64,000 nt of DNA, taken from assembly GCA_038727135.1 (NCBI GenBank), contig JAVYWL010000001.1, positions 64,001-128,000 on the forward strand. Reading direction: 5' to 3'. The translations under genes were made by a program, and so were the position numbers. A model generated the notes under the pieces. That model did no database searches. It was not told the origin of the DNA and saw only the letters and a list, made by a program, of their open reading frames with translations. Below are positions 19,988-30,195 of this stretch, one piece after another. Each line of letters opens with the position of its first letter. Within the stretch, counting starts at the first letter, position 1. This stretch comes from Candidatus Bathyarchaeia archaeon. GTDB taxonomy: Archaea; Thermoproteota; Bathyarchaeia; Bathyarchaeales; Bathycorpusculaceae.

Positions 19988-21568
19988 ATGGAGAAGGAAA
20001 AACCTCTGCTCTTTGTGAGGAAAGCTTCCGGTCTTAGGAGAGCAATCACACCTTGGCAGTCAATCTTCTTCGGCGTTGCTACATCGTGTACGCTGCCATG
20101 GCACTTCTACTTGATGGCCGTGCTTCCCAACTGGTATCCGGGGATAAATCTTCCACTGCTATACTTTGTGGCAAACTTAATAGTGATTTTTGAGGACTTC
20201 AGTATGGCTTTGATATATGTTGCAATGCCTAGGTCCGGCTCAATCTATATACCAGTATCAAGAGCAGTTTCGCCGATGCTTGGAATAATGGAGGCTACAA
20301 GAAGCTATATTACAAACCCAATCTTTAGAGGAGCAAACGCATACGTAGGAACTTTGTCGTTGGGCGCGCTTTTACAAGTATTAGGGTCGATAACCGGAAT
20401 AGAGGGGCTTTCAAGCGCTGGCTTAACTTTGGTTCAGCCAATGTATGCTTTAGCCTTCACGATCCTACAACAGATAATAGGCACACTAATCGATGGACTT
20501 GGTCCCGGAATCATTGGAAAATGGATCGCCTTCTGGGGCATACTTGCGATGTTCGGCTGGATAACAGTACTCATTCCACTAATAGCAACAGGACCCGCCC
20601 AGTTGCAGGCTAAATGGGATCAAGCTTTCGGTGCTGGAGCATATCAAGAGGTTATAAACGTTTCAAATGCGCATGGATTCAATCCGGCTAATTACCAGTT
20701 TAGTTGGGGCGCAATAGGTGGAGCATTACTAATTCCGGTGTCAAACACTTGGCCATACTGTTTGATGCCAGTAACAGGCGAGGTTCAAGAACCATCAAAG
20801 AGCATACCATTAAGCATGGTCGGCGCTGCTGTGATAGTGCTTATAGTTAACGTTTCAACATCGTTGGCATACACAAACACTTTTGGAGACTTTGCTCTTA
20901 GATACAACTTTATAGTTGAGAGTGGCTATTCCGGTGATTTCACAATCAATAAAAGCTTGCCAGTTAGCGTAAGCACATACTCTGCAATTCTAGCTTCTGA
21001 TAATCCAACGTTCGCTGCTATTGTTGGCTTTGCTCCACAATGGGGCAACTTTGCAGATATGGTGCTCAACTGCTTGTTCACCTCAAGACCCATGTTTGCC
21101 ATGGCTATGGACAGGATGGCCCCCGAAATATTCGCTAGAGTGCACCCGAGATGGGCAAGCCCATACGTAGGCTCAATATGGTGGTTTGTAATTTCAGTAG
21201 TAGTCGCAGTTCTATGTGTATACTACGGTGCATTAATATCTGTCGTCTTGGGAATCGGTTGGGTCTATACATTTGCAAGGTTGTTCCAGCACTGGTCAGA
21301 GGTAGAAGTAGCATTTTCAAAACCGCACATTTGGGAGAGAGGTTTCAGATGGACTATTGGTGGCGTACCGCTTGTAGCCATAACAGGCGCGATTTCAGCC
21401 ACATTTATGCTTTACATACTTTGCACTTCAGCGGCAATCATTGGCAGTGGCCTTATGATAGCCGTAACTTACCTCATCGGAATGCTTCACTTTGCCATTT
21501 ACGCAAACAGAAACTTGAAGAAGGGAATTCCTCCATCAAGCATTTACGGAGAATTGCCGCCAGAGTAA
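19988..21568 (+). CDS. APC superfamily permease
   Basis: LFVRKASGLRR start, MPRSG, SRPMFAMAMDR, ELPPE end, many TM helices. Confidence 0.88.
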   Translation: MEKEKPLLFVRKASGLRRAITPWQSIFFGVATSCTLPWHFYLMAVLPNWYPGINLPLLYFVANLIVIFEDFSMALIYVAMPRSGSIYIPVSRAVSPMLGIMEATRSYITNPIFRGANAYVGTLSLGALLQVLGSITGIEGLSSAGLTLVQPMYALAFTILQQIIGTLIDGLGPGIIGKWIAFWGILAMFGWITVLIPLIATGPAQLQAKWDQAFGAGAYQEVINVSNAHGFNPANYQFSWGAIGGALLIPVSNTWPYCLMPVTGEVQEPSKSIPLSMVGAAVIVLIVNVSTSLAYTNTFGDFALRYNFIVESGYSGDFTINKSLPVSVSTYSAILASDNPTFAAIVGFAPQWGNFADMVLNCLFTSRPMFAMAMDRMAPEIFARVHPRWASPYVGSIWWFVISVVVAVLCVYYGALISVVLGIGWVYTFARLFQHWSEVEVAFSKPHIWERGFRWTIGGVPLVAITGAISATFMLYILCTSAAIIGSGLMIAVTYLIGMLHFAIYANRNLKKGIPPSSIYGELPPE

Positions 21569-21646
21569 ACAGAAGTCCCCCTCCCTTTTTTCCCACTTTT
21601 CTTTAAAATACGTCCAATTTCTTCTTCTATTAAATCTATCAAAGTT

Positions 21647-22426
21647 TTAATGTTGTATTTCCTCGACTTTTCTGTACCATTGTTTTTTTGCGCCAATTTT
21701 TGCTCTCATTTTCCATCCGAGGGATTTTGGCTCTTCTTCGATTACTTTGATTAGGCTGTCTATCCTATCCTCGATGAGTTTTTTGTCGTCTTCAACAAGT
21801 TTGCTGTAATCGGCGAGTAGGCTTTTAATCTTGTTCAGGTTTGTTGTTGCAGTGTAATAGAATCCCCAGTCGTCGGAGAGTAGTTTGGCTATGTATTTTG
21901 AGTTTATTGTTTCTTTGTCGCCTTCTCCAACTTCGTGTTCACGTAAGAGGATTATTACATCTTTGACATCTTTTTCGTTTATCTGAACTATTTGGAGTTT
22001 TTCGAGTAGCATTTCCGCCAAAGGTATTGTTGGATAGTCCACTTCAAGCCTTCCTCTAAAATCTATATCATGGCACATCTCAAGTCTATCTAAGAATATG
22101 TCTACTGAGAAACCCATTTGCTTATCATGAAAAATTCTTCTTCGAGCGGCCACAGCAGCTATAGAGGTTGGCCGCTTCTCATAACCGTTCTCTAGTAAAA
22201 GTTTTTCTATTTGGTTTATCTGCTTGCCATAGGCTAGGAGGTCAATGTCTGTTATTGGCCGAGTTTTGCCTAAAAGGTGGCCATATTTTGGGCAGTGGAG
22301 ACGGAAGGCGACCGCGCCTAAAACCCTTAGATACAAGCCCTTTGCATTTGCCTTTTCAATAAGTTCTAAAGCTTTATTGATTATTATTTGGTCTCTCTCA
22401 GACATATCTTCAGCCTTCTTCAACAT
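21647..22426 (-). CDS. Nucleotidyltransferase-fold protein of unknown function
   Basis: hLGAhA followed by DID and a distal VDIF: Pol-beta-like acidic signature. Confidence 0.7.
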   Translation of the reverse strand: MLKKAEDMSERDQIIINKALELIEKANAKGLYLRVLGAVAFRLHCPKYGHLLGKTRPITDIDLLAYGKQINQIEKLLLENGYEKRPTSIAAVAARRRIFHDKQMGFSVDIFLDRLEMCHDIDFRGRLEVDYPTIPLAEMLLEKLQIVQINEKDVKDVIILLREHEVGEGDKETINSKYIAKLLSDDWGFYYTATTNLNKIKSLLADYSKLVEDDKKLIEDRIDSLIKVIEEEPKSLGWKMRAKIGAKKQWYRKVEEIQH

Positions 22427-22505
22427 CTTGAGTGTTAAAGTTCATAAAAAATGAATGATATTCGTAATAAACTTTTTGCATGTTTCAAGCATAAACGAGA
22501 AATGC

Positions 22506-23642
22506 TTAGTGTAGTACCCGCTTAACCAAGACCTCGATGGGCTCATATTCTACGTCGGTGACTCCGAAACGCTTAGGGCTGAAAGCCTCTTTGCAAGCCC
22601 TGTTTTTTAGGCACTCGCGTAGCCTTTCATGTGCTGGAATTCCTATAACGGTCATGTTTACACCTGCTTTTAAGTTGGCAGTCATCAATCCCTTCCCAGT
22701 TTTCGGGTCAACCATGCATATTAAGTCTGGAAATATTGCAACTGGCTTTCCATTTATCCTTGCAAGCATCGCTTCATTCTTAAAGGTTATTTCCATAGTC
22801 ATACCTGTAAAGTCTCCAACTCCTTCAAGTGTTGCCTTCGCAAGGTAATGCGCCTTAACATCCATTCCGGACATTTCCTTCACTTTGCCGGTAAAGAGTT
22901 TGAAGCCCTTGGAAACCTCTAAAATCGCTTCGACGGGGTCTTTTTTGGCGTTTAATGCGTTGGCAACAGCTTCGCCAAGCTTTATTGAGAAGGTGATCGT
23001 GTTTGGTATAACGCTTTCTTTTAGTTGTTTGCCGCTCATTGGGTAGTGGTTGTTGGCACCTATTTTTCCGTTAAGTTCCAACGCCAACCGCATAATTTCG
23101 TCCGGGTATGTCGGATTCACTGAATGCTTAACTATGAGCACATTGCCATCCCTATCCACAAAGGGCATAGGGGTTAAGGAGATGCCATGACCTAGGAAGG
23201 ACGACATCTGCGTTTCCGGGGCAGCCCTTCCAAGTCCGTCGCCGTCAACCGTTGAAATCCCAACCCTCGCAGCTAATGACAACACTACGGGCGTGTTTAC
23301 GCCGCCCAGTTCAAATGGAACAACATGGTCAACTTTCCTGTTGAAGAGACTTTCAGTAATTTTTAAGGCTTCCATCAGCTCGTATCTCTTCTCCCATTTC
23401 TGAAGCATGTCGCCGATGGATTTGTAGGCGCTTACTGAGCCAGCGTAGCCTCCGCAAACAACAAAGGCGTCATCTTTGACCTTGTCTGGAGATATTATTC
23501 TATACTCACGGCCTTTCTTCAAATCCCATTCTACAAGTGGTTTGCCGAAGAATTCTGGGTCTCCGCCGCCGCCAGTCCCTAGAATCCCAACCCCAAGTAA
23601 CATATACTCTAATTCATCTTTGTCTAAAATTTTCTCGCTCAT
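22506..23642 (-). CDS. DUF917 family protein
   Basis: LGTGGGGDP, ELGGVN, DGDGLGRAAPE, FKNE, PDLI. Confidence 0.88.
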   Translation of the reverse strand: MSEKILDKDELEYMLLGVGILGTGGGGDPEFFGKPLVEWDLKKGREYRIISPDKVKDDAFVVCGGYAGSVSAYKSIGDMLQKWEKRYELMEALKITESLFNRKVDHVVPFELGGVNTPVVLSLAARVGISTVDGDGLGRAAPETQMSSFLGHGISLTPMPFVDRDGNVLIVKHSVNPTYPDEIMRLALELNGKIGANNHYPMSGKQLKESVIPNTITFSIKLGEAVANALNAKKDPVEAILEVSKGFKLFTGKVKEMSGMDVKAHYLAKATLEGVGDFTGMTMEITFKNEAMLARINGKPVAIFPDLICMVDPKTGKGLMTANLKAGVNMTVIGIPAHERLRECLKNRACKEAFSPKRFGVTDVEYEPIEVLVKRVLH

Positions 23643-23714
23643 GCAGTTCACCAACTCTAATATGAGGATAGCTTTTAATTTGGAAATGCTAAAAAGCGTT
23701 TCTGTATGCGTGGG

Positions 23715-25097
23715 ATGGATAAGTTGGACTTGAGAGAAATTAGAAACGAGCTGGCTGAAATTGTGGGAGAAGGCAACGTCAGCGACGCGGATTTTGAGCT
23801 CTATGCCTATAGTCGCGACTTGAGTCCGGCTGCCCCACGATTGGCTTCCCTTATTGTCCGACCCAGAAGCACGGAGGATGTTAGCGGAATTGTTAAACTG
23901 GCGAATAAGCATAAAATTCCAATCTATGTGAGAGGATGCGGTTGTTCACACTGGGCTGCTTGGCTTCCGGTTAAGGGCGGAATATTGTTAGACATGACAA
24001 GCATGGAGAAAATATTGGAAATAGACGAAAAGAATCTGGTTGCGGTGGTTGAAGCCGGATGCACGTGGTTTAGGCTCATGGAAGAGTTGAGGAAGAGGAA
24101 GCTAACGTACCTATCAAGCGAAATGGGTGGCCCAGCCATGACTATTGGAGGAAGCATAATAAAGGCTGGTGGCGGCCCCTACGGCACATGTAAATTTGGG
24201 TTCCATGGACAGACCGATGTTCTTGGATTAGAACTTGTGCTTCCAACAGGTGAAGTTACTAAAACTGGATCGTGGGCCATGCCAAAATGTGCACCCTTCA
24301 GAAGGGAGGGATTAGGCCCTGATCTAACGGGACTGTTTATTGGCTCGGAGGGAATTTTTGGCATCGCCACAAAAGTGGCTTTAAGGATTAGGCCTCTCCC
24401 AGAACATGAAGATTTTCTCCATTTCGAATTCGACGACTGGGAAGACGTGGTTAGAGTGGGAGATGCAGCTACACGTGAAGTGGGCGATGAAATGGCTTAC
24501 AGCCTAGACTGCGGCGAAGAAGCCTCAAAAATGGGCGTTGTAAGCGTCAGAATTCATGTTTTTGGATACAACCGACAAATCATGCAATACAGAAAGAGAT
24601 TACTCACCAAAATTTGTCGTGAAAACAACGGAAAAGAACGTGACCCAGACATTGCAAAGAACTCATTTTCAAAGGTTGTGGCAGGTCTCCCTGAAATATT
24701 TGCGGCTGGGGTTTGGCACTTCGCAGGATGCGGAACTGTTCCCATACATGAGCTGCCGAAATATGTTAAAATTTGGCGGGAAATCGTCCAAAAATACGGA
24801 TTTTTTAGGAATACTTTTGGTGCGTGGGCTTTTCCACGTGGATGGACAGTATATGTTCACATGCCCTACCTTGAACCTGATGAGCGTGAGAAAATAATTT
24901 CCATATCAAATGAGATTAACAGAAGATTTTTCGAAAATGGCATTGTGCCCTATGGGATAGGAGGACCGGAGGGCTTACAGCCATTTTTGAAAGGAAGGCT
25001 GGGAGCTTATAACGACCTAATTAGGAGAATTAAGCAGTGTTTGGATCCGAACAACATTTTACAACCGAGCATTTTGGTGAGTCTAAATGATGCTTGA
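23715..25097 (+). CDS. FAD-binding oxidoreductase (GlcD/VAO-like, divergent)
   Basis: PCMH FAD domain, VLGLELVLPTGE, GSEGIFG, DPNNIL; lacks the EHG motif. Confidence 0.85.
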   Translation: MDKLDLREIRNELAEIVGEGNVSDADFELYAYSRDLSPAAPRLASLIVRPRSTEDVSGIVKLANKHKIPIYVRGCGCSHWAAWLPVKGGILLDMTSMEKILEIDEKNLVAVVEAGCTWFRLMEELRKRKLTYLSSEMGGPAMTIGGSIIKAGGGPYGTCKFGFHGQTDVLGLELVLPTGEVTKTGSWAMPKCAPFRREGLGPDLTGLFIGSEGIFGIATKVALRIRPLPEHEDFLHFEFDDWEDVVRVGDAATREVGDEMAYSLDCGEEASKMGVVSVRIHVFGYNRQIMQYRKRLLTKICRENNGKERDPDIAKNSFSKVVAGLPEIFAAGVWHFAGCGTVPIHELPKYVKIWREIVQKYGFFRNTFGAWAFPRGWTVYVHMPYLEPDEREKIISISNEINRRFFENGIVPYGIGGPEGLQPFLKGRLGAYNDLIRRIKQCLDPNNILQPSILVSLNDA

Positions 25098-26238
25098 GAG
25101 TTATAAAAGGCAAATCTACAACTGCGGAAGGTGTGGTTACTGCCTCGGCGGATACCTTGACCACGTTTGCCCATCAAGGTTCATAGGCGGCTTTGAATCG
25201 GCAACGGCTAGAGGAAGAATGCTTATTGCCCGAGCCCTGCTGGAGCGGAAACTAAACTATTCCAAAGAACTTGTTTCAGTATTATTCAAATGCTTTTTAT
25301 GCGGCGCATGCGATGTTAAATGTAATCAAGCTGCCAAAATCAAGATTACAGAGATAACAAAAGCCATGCGGGCAGACGCAGTAGAGACTGGCGTCATCCT
25401 CGAAAAGTTGGTTCCAGCAGCCAAGACATTAAGTGAAAGCCATAACATATATGGCAAACCATCAACTGAAAGAACTTTCCTAACTCAATCATATCCAAAA
25501 AAGGGCGGAACTTCCGATTTACTTTATTTCCCCGGTTGTGTAATAACATTTAGATACCCGAAAATCGCCCAAAACACTCTACAAATTTTGAAAGTTGCAG
25601 GGGTTGATTTTATTCTGCTCGGTGAGGATGAGTGGTGCTGCGGAAACCCGTTCTTTTTCATGGGAATGTCGAAGGAAGCTAAGCGGTTCGCCTTACACAA
25701 CATCGAAGCGATAAGAAGTAAAGGCGTCAAAACCGTTTTAACTTCATGTGCGGGTTGCTACAGAGTGTTGAGCCAAGAGTACCCGAAAATTTTTGGAGGA
25801 AAACTTCCCTTCAAAGTGATGCATGTAACACAATTTCTCAGCAAACTCGTTAATGAGGGCTCCCTAAAGCTGAAACGGACGAAGTACGACAGAGTTACAT
25901 ATCATGATCCGTGTGAAATTGGACGCTACGGAGGAATTTACGATGAACCGAGAGAGATTATCCAAAGCGTACCGAATTTGAAACTTGCGGAGATGAATAA
26001 AAGTAGGGATGATTCGTGGTGCTGTGGAGGGGGAGGGAGCGTTAACATCGTGCACACAAATCTAGCCCTTTCGGTGAGTGCATTGAGAATAAAGCAGGCT
26101 CAAGAAACCGGTGCAAAGGTGCTTGTTACAGCATGTCCAACATGCGTGCAAATGCTTGAGCTTGCATCTAAAAGGACGGGAACGAAAATTCATGTTGTCG
26201 ACATTGCAAGCCTCGTCTTAGAGGCAATAAAAACATAA
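25087..26238 (+). CDS. Fe-S oxidoreductase, GlcF/HdrD-like
   Basis: CGRCGYC, CFLCGAC, CCG domains (EWCCG, YHDPC, CCGGGG, TACPTC). Confidence 0.9.
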   Translation: MMLESYKRQIYNCGRCGYCLGGYLDHVCPSRFIGGFESATARGRMLIARALLERKLNYSKELVSVLFKCFLCGACDVKCNQAAKIKITEITKAMRADAVETGVILEKLVPAAKTLSESHNIYGKPSTERTFLTQSYPKKGGTSDLLYFPGCVITFRYPKIAQNTLQILKVAGVDFILLGEDEWCCGNPFFFMGMSKEAKRFALHNIEAIRSKGVKTVLTSCAGCYRVLSQEYPKIFGGKLPFKVMHVTQFLSKLVNEGSLKLKRTKYDRVTYHDPCEIGRYGGIYDEPREIIQSVPNLKLAEMNKSRDDSWCCGGGGSVNIVHTNLALSVSALRIKQAQETGAKVLVTACPTCVQMLELASKRTGTKIHVVDIASLVLEAIKT

Positions 26239-26247
26239 CAGTCTCGT

Positions 26248-26652
26248 TTACTCTTCTATTCCAAGCGTTGAACGAAACAGATTTGCGCCAACACAAATCA
26301 TTTCACAAGGCTCGTTCGAGTTGTTTCTAAAGCCATGCACGGTGCTTGGAGGAATATACACGGCGTCGCCTTCCTTAACCACTTCGCTTTCATCTCCAAC
26401 AATCATAACCCCCGACCCTTTAAGAATGTAATATATTTGCTCATGGTAATCATGCGAATGCAGCTCGATAATGGCTCCCGGTGGAACAGTTGTGTGCCAA
26501 AATTTCCATATGGTTTTGAGACATTCGCTGTTTTTGTCTTTGTTTGAGCTTTCTTTAATGCTTGTGCAGAATAAGTCCCTATACATGGCGCCGCCGTGTT
26601 TTTCAACAGGCTTAACTTTGTATATGCTCTGTATCAGCAAATTTAACACCAT
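26248..26652 (-). CDS. Cupin domain protein
   Basis: HSHxxxEQIYYILKG...GDAVYIPPSTVHG. Confidence 0.88.
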   Translation of the reverse strand: MVLNLLIQSIYKVKPVEKHGGAMYRDLFCTSIKESSNKDKNSECLKTIWKFWHTTVPPGAIIELHSHDYHEQIYYILKGSGVMIVGDESEVVKEGDAVYIPPSTVHGFRNNSNEPCEMICVGANLFRSTLGIEE

Positions 26653-26674
26653 ATTTGTTAAATAAAAAATTGGG

Positions 26675-27694
26675 TTATGGGCGGTATATTAAGTGCACCC
26701 TGTTCCCGGCAGGGTCTCTGCTTTTCAAATAGACTGCTTTGACATCTGGTTTCATTGTGGGTTCTTCGAGTTCAACGCCTTTCTCTTTGAGGTAGTTGCA
26801 GGCCGCTTCAAAGTTTGAAACATAGATGGCTATGTGTCCGCGAACATCGGCCTCTTGAGATTTCATAACTTCTATTTTGCCGGTTCCAACCCCGGAAAGC
26901 ATAATCGAAGTTTTTCCCTCTTTCTTTGAGAAGCCAAATGTTTGAGCATACCAATCAGCTATAGCGTTTGCGTCAGCTTTCTCTGTAGGGTAAATTGCAA
27001 CATGCTCAACTCCTAGGAAAAGAGGTACACCGCGTGCTTCACGTATCCACTGTATGCAGTTTTCAACCCTCTTCTTTATTGCCTCAAAGTCTCCAGCCTT
27101 CACAAAGTCTTTAACAATAAGGTTTGAGCCCATGTTCACGGCAACGGCGCCGGCTTTTATCCAGCTTGAAATGCTTTCCTTTGTTGCCTCAACTCCGCCA
27201 GAAGGCATAAGTCTAGACCATGGACAAGGTCCGAGAATGTCCTTTATAAATTGCGGTCCTAGAACATCTGCCGGGAAAATTTTTATTATGTCAGCGCCCA
27301 TCTCTTCAGCCTGTGATATTTCTGATGGTGTACTGCAGCCTGGGACATAAGCCACCTTATACCTATTGCATATTTTTGCTACCTCTGAATTGAATACTGG
27401 GCCTACAATGAAGTTTGCTCCACAATTTATGTAAAGTGAGGCTGCGGATGGTTCAAGTATGGTTCCTGCGCCGAGGATTACGTCTGGAAGTTCCTTGTCA
27501 CGCCATTTTACAAGCTCGCTGAAAACTTGATAGGCTAATGCTCCCCTGTTTGTGAATTCAACAACCTTTGCTCCGCCTTCAGCACAAGCTGCCACGATTT
27601 TCTTCGCTGTTTCCAAATCCCCTTCATAAAATGTTGGAAGAAGCCCTATTTCAGCTATCTTTGAAACAACCTCATGCTTTAATAATCTTGGCAT
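26675..27694 (-). CDS. eda: KDPG/KHG aldolase fused to a C-terminal VOC (glyoxalase-like) domain
   Basis: EFTNR, GAGT, PGCSTPSE, KIFP, MPSGGV; then HVAIY...GHIAI...DPAGNRVHL. Confidence 0.85.
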   Translation of the reverse strand: MPRLLKHEVVSKIAEIGLLPTFYEGDLETAKKIVAACAEGGAKVVEFTNRGALAYQVFSELVKWRDKELPDVILGAGTILEPSAASLYINCGANFIVGPVFNSEVAKICNRYKVAYVPGCSTPSEISQAEEMGADIIKIFPADVLGPQFIKDILGPCPWSRLMPSGGVEATKESISSWIKAGAVAVNMGSNLIVKDFVKAGDFEAIKKRVENCIQWIREARGVPLFLGVEHVAIYPTEKADANAIADWYAQTFGFSKKEGKTSIMLSGVGTGKIEVMKSQEADVRGHIAIYVSNFEAACNYLKEKGVELEEPTMKPDVKAVYLKSRDPAGNRVHLIYRP

Positions 27695-27712
27695 TTATGA
27701 CGCCTCCATTAT

Positions 27713-28747
27713 TTAGCGGACTATCCTCCCAGAAGTTATTCCCTTCATGATGTTTTCCACTTCGCTTAATTTAACTATGCACGAGTCGCCGTACACCGAA
27801 TGCTTTAGACAGGAAACGGCAACAGCGAAGTTCAAAGCCTTCTGCTTGTCATTGCCGAAATTTAGAAGCCCATATATTAAGCCGCCGGAGAAGGCGTCGC
27901 CCGCACCGACCCTATCCACAATGAAGTCAATGTCGTAGGTTGGAGCCGTGTAGAATTTATCGCCATCATACAATGCGCCGGACCATGTATTGTGAGTTGC
28001 GCTTATGCTCCCACGAAGTGTAAAGGCAACCGTTTTGATGTTTGGAAACATCTCCATAATCTTTTTTGCCACATACTCGTAGCTTTCAGCTTTCACCACG
28101 CCTTTTACAACATCTACTTCTGGAGGTTTAATGCCGAACACTTTTTCCGCGTCCTCCTCATTGGCAACCATGACGTCAACGAATTCCGCTAGCTGCGACA
28201 TGACTTCCTTAGCAGTTTTACCCCACTTCCACAGGGCAGCTCTATAATTGAGGTCGCATGAGACTGTTAAATTCATACTTTTTGCCTTTTTAACCGCTTC
28301 TAAGCATGTGTTTGCCGCGTTTTCGCTCACAGCTGGAGTTATTCCGGTCCAGTGGAACCAGCACGCATCAGCAAATATTTTGTCCCAGTCGAAATCCTTC
28401 GGGCTTGCCGTTGCAAAGGAAGAATTGGCCCTATCATATATAACTCTGTTCGCCCTCTGAGCTGCGCCGATTTCGAGAAAGTATATGCCTAAACGTTCGC
28501 CGCCGCGAACTATTTTTTCTGTCCCAACACCAAACTGCCGCAAATAGTTTATGCAAGCATCACCCAAATCATTCGGCGGAAGCCTAGTAACAAAGTCCGC
28601 GGGCTGACCAAGATTTGCCAGAGTTATTGCAACATTTGCCTCTGCTCCGGCATAAATCGCATCGAAAGACCTGGTTTGAGTAATCCTCAGAAAGCCTGGT
28701 GGTGCCAAACGCAGCATTATTTCGCCGAAAGTAACAACCTTTCTCAA
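27713..28747 (-). CDS. kdgK: 2-keto-3-deoxygluconate kinase (PfkB family)
   Basis: FGEIMLRL, GAEANVA, DLNYR..LW, DRVGAGDAF; adjacent to eda. Confidence 0.85.
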   Translation of the reverse strand: MRKVVTFGEIMLRLAPPGFLRITQTRSFDAIYAGAEANVAITLANLGQPADFVTRLPPNDLGDACINYLRQFGVGTEKIVRGGERLGIYFLEIGAAQRANRVIYDRANSSFATASPKDFDWDKIFADACWFHWTGITPAVSENAANTCLEAVKKAKSMNLTVSCDLNYRAALWKWGKTAKEVMSQLAEFVDVMVANEEDAEKVFGIKPPEVDVVKGVVKAESYEYVAKKIMEMFPNIKTVAFTLRGSISATHNTWSGALYDGDKFYTAPTYDIDFIVDRVGAGDAFSGGLIYGLLNFGNDKQKALNFAVAVSCLKHSVYGDSCIVKLSEVENIMKGITSGRIVR

Positions 28748-28880
28748 TTAACCCCACCTCAAATTTCGGTTCAGCGATATTAAGCGGCCCATGCTCATAA
28801 ATGTAACGCCAAAGAACATGCATTCTTTTGGAAAAACTTATAACATGTACAGATTACCCACTGAAGCGAGGTTGAAAATT

Positions 28881-29627
28881 ATGACGGCAAGCGTTAAAAA
28901 CGATGTAAAAATCAGAGTTTTGGGCATATGTGGAAGTCCCCGCAAAAACGCGAACACTGAATTCTTGCTGGATCAAGCTTTAGATGCAGCGAAATCCGTT
29001 GACCCCGAAAACGTGGACGTAGAAGCCTACTCTATAGCCGGTAAAGAATATCTTCCATGCATAAGTTGCTTCTCATGTGCAAAAACAGGAGAATGCATAA
29101 GAAGTAAAAAGGATGATTTCAACGAACTCCGCGACAAATGGATTGAAGCTGACGCCGTCATAATGGCGGTTCCAGTCTACCACCTAAGCATACCAGGGCA
29201 GCTGAAATGTTTTATCGATAGGCTCGGAAACAGCATTTGGAGCTACGAGGGCAGTGCAGGAAAACATCTAAAAGTTTACGGAGCCATCGCCCAAGGAGTC
29301 CACATATTTTCCGGCCAAGAGAATGCGATAAAAGAGATAATAAACCATGCAATAGTGATGGGCAACATCATAACTTCCGGGGACCCGTGGGAATCCTATT
29401 TAGGCGGTGCCGGATGGACTGAAAATAGAACGGAAAAGGACGCTCTGAAAAGCCTATATGAATCTAAGAGTTTCGATGCTGAGGTTGCGGTGAAGTCTGC
29501 CAGAAGCTTGGGCAAGAGAGTTGCGGAGTTAGCCCTAATAATAAAGGCTGGCGCCCTCCACTACATTGACTATCTAGAAAAAGATCCATTATACAAACCT
29601 CTCATAAGGAGAATAAGGAAAAGATAG
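28881..29627 (+). CDS. Iron-sulfur flavoprotein / flavodoxin family protein
   Basis: GSPRKNANT, CISCFSC...C, PVY, LKCFIDR. Confidence 0.85.
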   Translation: MTASVKNDVKIRVLGICGSPRKNANTEFLLDQALDAAKSVDPENVDVEAYSIAGKEYLPCISCFSCAKTGECIRSKKDDFNELRDKWIEADAVIMAVPVYHLSIPGQLKCFIDRLGNSIWSYEGSAGKHLKVYGAIAQGVHIFSGQENAIKEIINHAIVMGNIITSGDPWESYLGGAGWTENRTEKDALKSLYESKSFDAEVAVKSARSLGKRVAELALIIKAGALHYIDYLEKDPLYKPLIRRIRKR

Positions 29628-29708
29628 TATCATTAGCAAAGCGAACATCAGTAAAGGCTTTTATACTATGCCGAGTTCATGTCTTCTTCGATCGGAAGGT
29701 GGCATTTG

Positions 29709-30194
29709 ATGGAGAAACCGCTCTTATTCCTGGACTTGGATGCTTGCACTGGTTGCAAGGCTTGTGTTGTAGCCTGCTCTCTTAGAAAAGAGCGGAAACT
29801 TGACATGGGAGTGGCCAGGCTGTGGGTGCCGAAGAAAGAAAGCATATGCCTAGCTGTGCCTGTGATATGTGAACAATGCGAAAACGCGCCTTGCCAAAAC
29901 ATTTGCCCAACGAGGGCAATATCAAGAGACCCTAAAACCAACGCGCTTTTTGTGGACGAAAAAAAATGTATAGGCTGTAAGGAATGCGTTTGGGCCTGTC
30001 CCTTCGGAGCCATAACCGTTAGGCATGGAGTAGCCATCAAATGCGACTTATGCGATGGTGATCCGGAATGCGCAAAAGTATGCATTCCCAAAGCCATTCA
30101 ATACACAAGTTTAGAGGAGGAAGGTTTCGATAAAAAGTGGCGTTCTCTGGAAAAGCGCATCAAAGCCCTAGCAACAATTGTTGGAGGAAAATAA
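29709..30194 (+). CDS. 4Fe-4S polyferredoxin (AOR-associated)
   Basis: Four Cys clusters: CTGCKAC, CEQCENAPC, CIGCKEC, CDLC. Confidence 0.92.
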   Translation: MEKPLLFLDLDACTGCKACVVACSLRKERKLDMGVARLWVPKKESICLAVPVICEQCENAPCQNICPTRAISRDPKTNALFVDEKKCIGCKECVWACPFGAITVRHGVAIKCDLCDGDPECAKVCIPKAIQYTSLEEEGFDKKWRSLEKRIKALATIVGGK

Positions 30195-30195
30195 G

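Noticed and set aside
23643-23912. N-terminal extension of the DUF917 ORF
   Set aside because: Overlaps the divergent flavoprotein gene; ATG 23642 fits the family start
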